In this document: positions 45,020 to 55,886 of the stretch, piece after piece | Position numbering within the stretch: the first letter of the stretch is position 1 | Layout of the letters: every line of letters begins with the position of its first letter | Assembly: GCA_965240325.2 (NCBI GenBank) | Contig: OZ251222.1 | Location: 558,001 to 622,000, forward strand | Reading direction: 5' to 3' | DNA length: 64,000 nucleotides | Origin: Rebecca billardiae RCC1528 | Taxonomy: Eukaryota > Protista > Haptophyta | Made by a program: the position numbers and the translations under genes | The notes under the pieces: model-generated | The model's database searches: none | What the model was told of the DNA's origin: nothing | What the model saw: only the letters and a program-made list of their open reading frames with translations

Positions 45020-45925
45020 CGTCGACAATGGAGGAGTCCCATGATGCCCATCAGGATGGCTGACTCCGAATATCCGACACGGACATTTATACGCCGCCTC
45101 CATCAGTCCGCGCCACCCAGGCCCGGCCGACCGGCGGATTATATTTATATATATGGGTGACAGTCCCTGGGTGTGACCGCCTGCATGTTTAAAACTGCAG
45201 ACTCGCGGAGACTACCGGGGCGACGCCCGCCGGGCGCCGCCGCCGGGCGGCCGCCCGCATCATGATCATGCCGCCGATCCGAGCGCCTCATTGATGGGAC
45301 CATTGCCGCGATTCACACGGATCATCACCCGGGACCGGCGTCACCGACTGTCACGACACAGATGGCACCGCCGTCCGCGGCACGGACTGGCCCGCTGCCG
45401 TAACGGACTAACGGCCGCCGAAGACTCGCAGAGACGCCGTCAGCAATGAGTGACAAGCGCGCGCGCAGTCACCGGCGCGGCGGCTTGTAACACTTTACAG
45501 AAAATCCGGGGCTGGCGGCCGGCTTCAGATAATGATCAGTGCCAATGCTGCTGTCAGCGGCTCGTACACTCTGTAGGCGGTCGATCGTCAGTATAAGAGT
45601 ATTCGTAACCGCGTATTCTGTCTACTACGACGTACTCTTCGGGGAGGGGTCGACTGTCGTCAGTCGTGTGCTTTGCTCCGTGATCGGTGACATGACTGTA
45701 GTATATACCCACTCGGTCGGGGCGTCTGAGAGCCGTCTGACTAGCTTGGCGTAGTCAGGCCGTGGGCGTCCGGGGCCGTACTGGTTACAGTATGCGTCCG
45801 GCTTGGTCCGGCTCCCGCCAGGTGACGACGGCATCGAATTCGTCATCATCGGGCCGACAGAAAGAAAGCGCCGCCTACTTCGGGGGTGCTCAAGGACTGG
45901 GCGGGCGCCAGGCTGCCCCAGGACA

Positions 45926-48144
45926 ATGACCTCTAACACGGGGTCCTTTCGCGGGATCGTGGAGCAGGCGAAGGCGAGGCGCAGGAGGCCATTCTTCGGC
46001 CTCTTCGCCCGCACGAGCTCGCCCGATTCGGCTGCACCGGGCAAGCGGCGGCGGACCCTCGGCCTGGGCCGAAGGAAGTCGAGGAAAGGGGACCAGAACG
46101 GCCGTGCCACCACGACGATCATCGACTTCCTCTGGGACGAGGAGTCGGACGACGAGCCCTACCACCCGACGTGGGACCAGCACGTCCAGCCCGTGCGCGA
46201 CTTCCAGAAGGCGTTCTCGCAGATGCGCGACCTGTCGGCACGGGTCGACCCGGAGTTGATACGCGGCGTCGAGCTCGGCGAGGTGATGGTGGGCCTCGGG
46301 CGGCACTTCTCGAGGCGGCGGCAGCACGCAAACGACCAGGAGTCCGACTCGTTCGCCGTGCCCCGCGTCGACACCTTTATCTCGCACGCGTGGTCCGCCT
46401 CGCGCCAGGTGAAGTACATCGGCCTCTTTGTCGAGTTCTGCTCGGTCCCGGCCGCCGTCGCGTCGGTCGTCGCCGCGGTGGCGGTGGCGATGCTGCAGAT
46501 GTCGGACGTGTGGACCGGGGAGAAGCCGGTGCTCGGCGCGTACAGCTGCTACCGCTCGGTCGACGCCCTCGGCTGCCCCAACAACTGCTGCGACGTCGCG
46601 TCGTGGTCGAGCGTGGTCGGCGCGGGCACGTTTGTGCTGGTCGGCGTCGCGTGGCCGAGCGTCACGTCCTTGCTGCACTGGCTGCGGCTGAGCAACTACT
46701 CGTACTTCCTCGACAAGCTGTGCATCGACCAGAGCACCGACGAGGGAAAGCAGGCGGGCATCCGCGCGCTCGGCCAGATCCTCGCGCACACCAACAAGAT
46801 GCACATCATGTGGAGCCCAGGCTACTTCCAGCGGTGCGCGCGCGCGGCTAATCGCTGGCGCGCGCGCGCGCGCGCGCGAGCGGTGGTCCGAGCGCGCACC
46901 TCCGGGCGGGCGGGCGGGCGGGCGGGCAGGCGCCGCAGGGCTGAGCTCAGCCCAGCCGCCCCGCCCACGCGCACCGCGCGCGCGCGTGCAGGCTCTGGTG
47001 CATCTTCGAGATCTCGGCCTTCCTGCAGATCCGCGCCACGCGCGAGGCACAGCTGGTGCGCGAGGAGGCGGAGCAGCTGCGGGCGGAGCCCGGCTCTGCG
47101 CGCGCGCGCTGGCGCCGGCTCTTCGGGCGGCGCAAGTCGCAGCACGTCGAGCTCACGGCGCTGCCGCTGGGGCAGGGCGTGGTGATGATGATGCTCGTGC
47201 TGTGGCTCGTGCAGCTCCTCTCCATCGCCTACTCCGCCGCCATCTCGAAGCGCGCAGAGAAGCACGGCGTGGGCGGCGTCACACGCGACTCGGTGTTCGC
47301 CATCTTCAGAGAGGACATCGTCGAGCTGTTCACGCAGAAGACGCACGTGGGCACGTTCGAGCGGGTCGCGCTCACGGCGGGGTGCGGCGCGCTCATCCTC
47401 ACCGGCGTGTCCGTCGGCGGGCGCTGGCTGCGCCGCTGCGTCGACTGCCACATCACGATCCGCGAGCAGTTGCGCGTCTTCTCGGTCGAAGACGCAAAGT
47501 GCTTCATGCAGTCTGACAAGGTGCTCATCCACCACATCATCGGGCGGTGGTACTCCAAGGGCGGCGACGTGCGCGAGGGGCTGCGCAAGTTCGAGCAGAT
47601 GGTGCGCACGCGCACGCTCGAGGACGTCGACGCCTCGATCGGCAAGCGCGGCGCGCTCCCGCCCGAGTACCTCCTGCTGCCGTGCCTCGCCGCGTCGTGG
47701 GGCGCGCTCGACTGGATGGCCTCGCTCGCGCGCACGCGCGCCGGGCCGGATAAGTTCTCGCGGCTCATCTTCGTGTTCGCCGTGCCGGTGGCGATCCTGC
47801 CGCTCGCGATGCAGCTCAGCCTGCTGCTGCTGTACGCGCTGCGCCACCGCTTCGCCGACACGCTGCTGTACGGCAAGCACGCCAAGCTGCTCTCAGACGC
47901 GCTCGCGTCCGCGCTGCTGCTCGCGTCCATGGTGCTGCTCACGTGGCCGGCCTTCTACAGCGCGCACCACCAGCGGCCGGTGCTCGAGGCGGTGCTCGTC
48001 GGGGTGTACCTGGTGGCGCGGTATGCGGTGACATTGTCCGGCGAGCTGCTGCACTCGCTCGACCGCAACGAGCAGGAGTCTCTGCACAAGAAGGGCCGCT
48101 CGATCGATGACGTGAAGGACTGGATCAGCACGGCTCTCCTCTGA
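45926..48144 (+). CDS. Multi-pass membrane protein with a TIR/HET-like domain split by TM helices; intron 46834-46991
   Basis: DTFISHAW...(2 TM)...YFLDKLCIDQSTDEGKQAGIRALGQILAHTNKMHIMWSPGYFQRLWCIFE, followed by further TM helices. Confidence 0.75.
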
Positions 48145-48438
48145 CTCTGAGGACTGATGACCTACGGAGTGCCAATGGCGACGATGCCCCACCGGTCAGA
48201 TCAGCAGAGCGGCCATCGCGCGCCGGCGTGACAGTGGCAGCAGCGCCGCGCGCGCACTCTGCCCGTGCCTGCTCCTGAGATGTGTCGCGGACGACGACAC
48301 TCGGTTGCGTAGTGCATGTCAGCGAAGAAGAATGAATAAACGACGATGGGAAAATGGAAAACAATAATAAAACATGCGACCGCGCCGAACCATCGCGATA
48401 TCGTAGTGCGACTCGGGCGCTCGGGCATCCCGGCAACC

Positions 48439-50145
48439 ATGCTGCTCCGCAGGGCCGCGCGGCCATGGGCCGCGCGAGCGGTGCGGGCATTCAGCACGGC
48501 CCCGAGCGCCGCGCCCGCTGCCGCCGTGCCGAGCACCGAGCTCCTTCCCAACATCCCGATCAACGCCCAGGACGAGTCGGAGATCAAGAACTTCACGATG
48601 AACTTTGGGCCGCAGCACCCGGCCGCGCACGGCGTGCTCCGGCTCGTGCTCGAGATGGACGGCGAGGTGATCACGCGCGCGGACCCGCACATCGGCCTCC
48701 TGCACCGCGGCACGGAGAAGCTCATCGAGTACAAGACGTACCAGCAGGCGCTCCCCTACTTCGACCGGCTCGACTACGTGTCGATGATGGCGTCGGAGCA
48801 CTGCTACTCGATGGCGGTCGAGCGGCTGCTCAAGTGCGAGGTGCCGCGCCGCGCGCAGGTGATCCGCGTGATGTTCCTCGAGATCACGCGCATCCTCAAC
48901 CACCTCCTCGCCGTGTGCTGCCACGCGCTCGACGTCGGCGCGCTCACGCCGCTGCTCTGGGGCTTTGAGGAGCGCGAGAAGCTGATGGAGTTCTACGAGC
49001 GCGTCTCGGGCGCGCGCATGCACGCGGCGTACGTGCGGCCGGGCGGCGTGGCGATGGACGTGCCGATGGGGCTGTGCGACGACATCTTCGCCTTCTGCGA
49101 GCAGTTCTCCGGCCGCCTCGACGAGATCGAGGAGCTGCTCACCGGCAACCGCATCTGGAAGCAGCGGCTTGTCGACATCGGCGTCGTCAGCGCCTCGGAC
49201 GCGCTCAACTTCGGCTTCACCGGTGCGCGGCGGCGCGCGCATGGCGCGCGCGCGAACGCGCGGCGCGCACCCACGCCACCCTCCCCCGCAACCCCCCCCC
49301 CTCCCCCCCCGCGCGCAGGCGTGATGCTCCGCGGCTCGGGCGTCTCATGGGACCTGCGGCGCGATGAGCCGTACGAGATTTACGACGAGCTCGACTTTGG
49401 CGTGCCGGTGGGGAAGAGCGGCGACTGCTACGACCGGTATCTGATCCGGTGCGAGGAGATGCGCCAGTCGCTGCGCATCATCCAGCAGTGCCTCAACAAG
49501 ATGGAGCCGGGCCTCATCAAGGCGGACGACCGCAAGATCACGCCGCCGCCTCGCGCTGAGATGAAGGTGCGCCGCCGTGCGCCGCCGCCGCGCCGCGCTT
49601 GCCGCGGCGCGCCGCGGGCTGCACGCCGCCGCGCGCGACGGCGCACCCCTCCCCCGGTGTTGTGGCGCCCCGCCACCAACCGCCCCCCGTCCTCGCCAAC
49701 CGCCCCCCGTCCCCGCCGCCCCGGCAGAACTCGATGGAGGCGCTGATCCACCACTTCAAGCTGTACACGGAGGGCATGAGCGTGCCGCCGGGGGAGACTT
49801 ACGCCTGCGTCGAGGCGCCCAAGGGCGAGTTCGGCGTCTTCCTCGTGTCCGGTGCGCGGCGTGCGCGCGCGCGCGGCGGGGGGCGCGCGGGGGGTGGCGG
49901 GCGCGCGGCGCGGGGCCGGGCGCGCGCGCGAGCCGAGCCGCCGCTGCGTGGACGACACCCCCGCGCGCGCCTCGGCCGCGCCGCGCCGCGCAGACGGCTC
50001 CTCGCGGCCGTGGAGGTGTCGCATCCGCGCGCCTGGCTTCCTGCACCTGGGCGGTCTGGACTACATGGCGCGTGGGCACATGCTCGCGGACGTGGTCACC
50101 ATCATCGGCACGCAGGACATCGTCTTCGGCGAGGTCGACCGCTGA
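48439..50145 (+). CDS. NDUFS2: NADH:ubiquinone oxidoreductase 49-kDa subunit (NDUFS2/Nad7), nucleus-encoded; introns 49223-49318, 49567-49727, 49852-49993
   Basis: [45 protein letters not shown]; Arg/Ala-rich mitochondrial presequence. Confidence 0.97.
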
Positions 50146-50688
50146 GGTCGGCCGTGAGTGCTTTCTGCTGCGGCACGGTTGGCAGGCGGGGGGCCGCCTC
50201 TCTGACAAGTTGGCAGCCAGCCTCTCCCGCGGGGCCGGGTGGCGGCCTACCGGCTACGCGACTCAGGACTCAGGACTCGGTCTCGCCGCCGGGGCCCCGC
50301 ATGGTCCCACTGAGGTGCGATCCGTGGGCCAGCGGCGACCATAGGAAACGTTGCGCAGTGTGCTGCTGCTGCAGCCTGCATGAGTGCGCGCTTCAGCAGC
50401 GGACAGGGCTGGGATACATACCGCTACCGTACCCTATTTTACATAAGTACTACAGTTTACTAAGAATAAGAGACGCACACAGCTCCGGCAGGCGACAGTA
50501 CGGCAGTACCTGAAGTACAGGACCAGGTAAAGGCGACCCGAAACCGGAAACCGCCCTTTCCAGGAAAAGTTGACGACGCCGCAAGGCGTGATGCAGAATT
50601 GTGAGGCCGAAGGCCGATATCTATTGGAGAGGAACAGCGGCCAGGGCGCCAGGCGCGCATCAGTGGCTGCTGGCCGTAGACGAGGCCC

Positions 50689-51888
50689 ATGAAGACGCCG
50701 ACGGTCCTCGGCAGTGTCCTCTTCTTGCTAGCAGCCAGCGGGGCCGACGGGCAGGCACCACCATCTCCACCGCCATCACCGCCGCCCTCCCCCCCCCCGT
50801 CGCCTGCACCGCCACCCTCGCCCCCACCGCCAGTTCCACCACCGTCACCGCCGCCACTGCCACCGCCTCTTGCGCTGCTGCCCTCGCCACCGCCCTCGCC
50901 ACCGCCGCCACTGCCACCTCCTCTTGCGCTCCTGCCCTCGCCGCCGCCCTCGCCGCCGCCAGATGTGGGCCCTCGTCCGCCGCCCTCGCCGCCGCCCTCG
51001 CCTCCGCCCTCACCTCCGCCAAAGCCGCCCACACCGCCGCCCTCGCCGCCACCCGTGCCACCGCCTTCACCATCTCCACTGCCCCCTCCCCCGTCCCCGC
51101 CGATGCCGCCATCCCCGCCATCGCCGCCGCCATCTCCACCGCCCCCGTCGCCACCGCCGTCGCCACCGCCGTCACCGCCTCCACCATCGCCACCGCCATC
51201 GCCACCATCCCCACCACCATCGCCGCCATCGCCCCCTTCGCCGCCCACACCTCCACCGTCGCCTCCGCCACCGCCCTACGCGCCACCAAGCCCGCCCCCG
51301 TCGCCTCCTCCCGTGCCGCCCCCGTCACCTCCTCCGGCGAGCGGTGGTGGTGGTGGAGGCGGTGACAGCGGGGGCGACACCGGGGGTGGCGGTGGAGACG
51401 ACGACGATGACGACGACGACGACGACGACGGCGGCGGTCGCCGCCGCCCCGCCGACGATGACGGCTCGGACGACGACGCGGTGTTCGCTGTGATAGGCGT
51501 GCTGCTCGGCATCGCGTTCTGCGCGTGCATTGGCTGCTTCTTCTACCGCAAGCGGCGCGCCGCCTCCGGCGCGGACATCAGGCGCGGGCCCGCCGCCGGT
51601 CGCGGTGGCGCCGGCTCGGAAGATTTCCGCAACGACCCTGGCGAGGGCGTCGAGCTCGCCGCCGCACAGTTCCAGGCAGAGCGCGACGCGCGCGAGGGGC
51701 CGCCGCAGCAGTCGTCGTGGGACCCGTTCGGAGGCGGCGGGCAGCAGCAGCAGCCGCCGCCGCCGCAGCAGCAGCCGCCACCGCAGCAGCAGCAGCAGCC
51801 GCAACAGTGGGACCCCTTTGGCCAAGCGCGGCAGCAGCAGCAGCAACGGCCGCAGGAGGGGCGCGAAAACGCCACGTACTACATCTGA
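50689..51888 (+). CDS. Extensin-like (SPPP)n type-I membrane glycoprotein
   Basis: Signal peptide, ~200 aa of PPSPPP repeats, poly-Asp, one TM (AVFAVIGVLLGIAFCACIGCFFY), Gln-rich tail. Confidence 0.8.
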   Translation: MKTPTVLGSVLFLLAASGADGQAPPSPPPSPPPSPPPSPAPPPSPPPPVPPPSPPPLPPPLALLPSPPPSPPPPLPPPLALLPSPPPSPPPDVGPRPPPSPPPSPPPSPPPKPPTPPPSPPPVPPPSPSPLPPPPSPPMPPSPPSPPPSPPPPSPPPSPPPSPPPPSPPPSPPSPPPSPPSPPSPPTPPPSPPPPPYAPPSPPPSPPPVPPPSPPPASGGGGGGGDSGGDTGGGGGDDDDDDDDDDDGGGRRRPADDDGSDDDAVFAVIGVLLGIAFCACIGCFFYRKRRAASGADIRRGPAAGRGGAGSEDFRNDPGEGVELAAAQFQAERDAREGPPQQSSWDPFGGGGQQQQPPPPQQQPPPQQQQQPQQWDPFGQARQQQQQRPQEGRENATYYI

Positions 51889-52718
51889 TCAGCAGCGGTG
51901 AGTGAGTAGCGGGCATGGCAACGCAATGCACAGAGATCCGAGCCCGAGAGGTCGCGTGGCTTCGCACCGGTCAGTCTGGCTGTCCGGCCGCGACCGTGGC
52001 CATGGCCACGGGCCGCGCCGGGCGCGGCCGCGGCGGCGGCCGCACTGCCACTCGGCCGGTCCGGGCCCGCAGGCCGGCTGGCCTGCTGGCCGCAGGCTCG
52101 TCCCGCCGTCCCGGCATCCGAGCCGATATCAGGGCCCTGGAGGCTGCAATTCACAGGCTTCACACTACCACTGACCAGTACCACTACTAGCAGCGATATA
52201 TGATTGATCATTTGATGACTACGCAGACCACGATGCCACGCGCCGACCGCAAGCGATGACGCATGACGTCTGCAGGCGCAAGGAGCAGATTCAGATGAGC
52301 GAGATCGCACGTGCTTGCACCGCACCGCCACCGGCCGGGACACAGCCGAAGAACGGGCTCGCTCTGCTGCCAGTCTCAGGCCAGGGGCGCACACCAGGCT
52401 GGTGCCAGCCCTCCTCAGCCCGGCGTGCACCGGCGAGCCCACCCGCCGGCCGCCAGGGCGAGAGCTGTGGCCAAACGCCCCAAGGTGAGCACGCGTCGTC
52501 GGCGGGGTGGTCAGCACGGCACCGGCGGGCGCCGTCAAGCGCGCCGTGTGTCGAGGGCCACGGCGTGCGTGCCTTACGCTGGCGAGGGCGTCGGCTTGGC
52601 CGAGTCCGCCGGTGCGCCCTGCGGGGCAGGCGGGCGCACGGGGCGGGCGACGCGCGGCGGTGAGTGCGAGCGCGCATCTGGGAAGCACCAAGCGCACCTG
52701 GAGGGCAGCCACCCGCGC

Positions 52719-52871
52719 TCACGTGCCACCGCGTCGTGGCGCGTGTTGGGCACAGGTGCAGAATACCTTTGCCGCGCCGCCGCTGCTCCCTGCCTCCGCG
52801 CCGGCCGCGGCCTCGCCGGCAGCCGGCACCGCGCCGTTGGGCGCATCCCCCGCTGCTGCGCCGCCGCCGTC

Positions 52872-52909
<38 letters not shown>

Positions 52910-55592
52910 CCTTGCCACGGCTGCGCACGCGGCCGATGCGGTTCGGCGTCGCGCCGTTGGGCGTCTCGCCCCGGGCCGCCGCGTCGGGCGCAGCGCCGCC
53001 GCCCTCCGCGCCGCCACTCGCCTGCTCTTCTTGCTTGGGCGCGCTGCCCCCCTTCTGACCACCCTTAGCAGAGCGAGGGCGGCCCACAACTGGCGAGCCG
53101 TCGGCGGTGGCGTTCGCATCGGCCGTCGCCGCCGCCCCCGCCCCCGCCGCCGCTGCGCCCTTGCCGCGACCGCCGCCGTTTCCGCTCCGGGGCCGAGCCT
53201 GGCCCTGCTGAGTGGCCGCGTCCGCCACGCCCGCATCGGGCGGCGCAGCAGAAGCGCTCCCGACGGAGGCGGCAGCAGCAGCCGCCGCGTTGATGGCGGC
53301 CGCGGCCGCGCCGCCCCTCGGCGCAGAGGGCGCCTTGGTGCGGCCACCTCGAGACGCCGCGCTGCCCGCGGCGCCGGCGGCCTGCTGCTGCGGCTGCGGC
53401 TGCGGCTGTGGCTGCTTGGACTTCTGCTGCTGAGCCGTCGCGGCGACCTGCGCCTTCGGCTGCCCCTGCGCGGCCTTGGGCTCAGCCGCCGGCTGCGCGC
53501 CCGCGCCTCGGGACTTGCCCACCTTCTGCTGCTGCTGCTGCTGGTGTGGCTGCTGGGCGGCGGCGGGCGGCGGCGGCGCCGGGCTGCCGCCGCCCTTGGC
53601 GCCGCCCTGTCCGGGGCCGAGGGTGACGGTGAAGTTGGGGTTGGCGCCGGCCGCCGCCTCGCCGCCGCTCGCGCGCGAGCCACGCCCGGCCTTCGCGCCT
53701 GACGCCGGCCGGGCTTGAGACGGCGAGGCGGCGTTGTCAGCCGCACTGCCCCTGGGCGGCGGCGCGCCGCCCCTGGGCGGCGGCGGGGTGTTGCCCGCGC
53801 GGCCCTGAGCGCCGCCCGCCCCGGCGAGCGCCGCGGCGGCCGCAGGTGTGATGTTGGCGCCGCGGCCACCCGCGCCACGGCCGCGGCCCCGGCCGCCCCT
53901 GCCCAGCCCGAGGGAGCCGGGCATGGCCGCAGTGCCGCCGCCGCGCGCCGTCCCGATGCCGAGCGCGCGCGTCTGGCGCGAGAGCCGCTGCAGCTCGGCG
54001 CTCTCCTCCGAGCGCGTCTGCATGTACGAGAGCTCGAGCTCGACGAGCAGCCGCGCCTGCTCGAGCGCGAGCCGCGTCCCCACCAGCCGAAGCTTGCGGT
54101 TGTTCTTCACGAGCACGGCGCGCACGACGCCCGCCCGCTCCTGCAGCTCGAGGAGCGACCGGCTGCCCTGAGCGAGGAGGTAGCCGACGGCGGTGGGCGG
54201 CACCTCCACCTCCTCCTCCGCGAACTCGATCATCTCGCGCGCCTTGGCGACCGCCTCGCGGCTTGGGCCGACGATCACCACCTGCGCACCGCGCGGCGCG
54301 GCGCGGCGCGGGCGCGGCGCGGGCGCGCGGGCGCGCGGGCGCGCGGGCGCGCGGGCGCGCAGGGCAGGGCACGGGGCTTGAGCGCGCGGCGCTGCAGTCG
54401 GCCCGGCGCGGCCGCGCGCGCGGCGCACCTTGCCCTTCTCCCCGTCCTTCTCCTTCGCGCCCGCCGACGTCGCGGGCGTGTCGATCTGGTACACTCCCGT
54501 CGCCGCCTTGACGTGGAGCACGTGCCGGCCGTTCTTGCCAATCACGAGCCCGATCAGCTCGCGCGCGATCTCGAACTCGTCGCGCACGCCGGTCTCGGCG
54601 CGCTCCTTCTCGAGCAGCAGCGAGTCGCGCTGCTCGTGCAGCCGCTGCAGGTCGCGCTGGTGCTTCACGTGCACGTCGAGCATCAGCCGCGCCTTGTGTG
54701 CGGGCCGCTCGCCGCCGAGCAGCACGACGACCGGCCGGCCCGCGTCGATGCGCGCGGTGAAGAGCTCTGCGGCGCGGCGGGCGGCGCGGGCGGGGAGAGG
54801 GTGGCACGGCGGCGGGGCGTGAGGCCGAGCACGCGCGGGCGCCCGCTGCCACGCCGCAGCCGGCGGCGGCGCGTGCGGGCACGCCGCTCGCGCGGCAGGC
54901 GCCGCCGCACACGCCCACGGCCGCCCGCCCGCCATGCCCGGCCCTGCGCGCTCGGGCGCACGCACCGGAGCGCTTGAGGATGTCGGCGAGGAGGGCCTGC
55001 CCGCCCTGCTTGAGCAGCCACTTGTGCGTCTTCTCCGTGAGCGCGTACTCGTGCTTGAAGAGCGGGAGCGCGTTCTCAGCGGCGGGCAGGCCCGCGGCAG
55101 GCCGCACGCTCTCGAGCTCGACGATGTCGTCCGTGGCCTGCTCCCAGCCGTGGTACCGCACCTTGAGGAACTCGCCGCGCACCTGCACCACCTGCGCCTC
55201 CCACCAGGAGAAGGGCTCGTCCGGCTGCGCCTGCACGCGCACCTCCACAGTCGCGCCCTGCGCCAAGCGCACGGCGCGATCGCCAGCACACGCGCGCGGC
55301 AGCAGGCTCCACGTCGGCGCGGGCGTGGCGGGGGTGGCGCCGCGAACGCCTGCACGCGCGGCGGGGGCGGGCGCCGCGCGCGCACCTCGTGCACCGCAAA
55401 AGGGGCAGCTGCGCGCCCAGGGTCCTTTCGGATGTGCTCCCACGAGAGCCACTCGAGCAGGGAATCGTCGAATGATTCGACGAGCGACTCGAAGCGCACG
55501 AGGCACTGGCCGTCCTTGATGTCGACCAGCTTCGCGCGGTAGAAGCACTTCTGGTCGGCGAGGTACACCTCGAGCCAGTCCGAGGCCTCCAT
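52719..55592 (-). CDS. FMR1: Fragile X protein family homologue (Agenet-Agenet-KH0-KH1-KH2-RGG); introns 55385-55258, 54965-54767, 54428-54282
   Basis: Spliced protein is collinear with FMRP: EVRVQAQPDEPFSWWEAQVVQVRGEF, HKARLMLDVH, LIGLVIGKNG, AVAKAREMIEFAEEEVEVP, VGTRLALEQARLLVELELSYM, then GRGGRGRGRG. Confidence 0.85.
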
Positions 55593-55886
55593 CTCGCGGC
55601 GCGCGAGCAAGGGCCGTTGGGGAGCGCCCGCTCTTCCGGCTCGGCGCCGACTGCGCAGTATGGGGAGCCTTTGGTGTCGAGCTCGGAGGAGGGCAGCTTG
55701 GCAGTTTCAAGACAGCTCGTTGGGCTACAAACCCACCCTTGCCGCTATGCATTCCTCACTGAGCGGGTGCGTGCCGGCGCAAGGTTGAACGGGTGCGCGA
55801 GGCATCAAGAATCCACGGGTGGCCTTCACACGGCCCATCTACCATTACGGGACTTGACGGAACACAGGGCGGATCGCGACAGGCCC

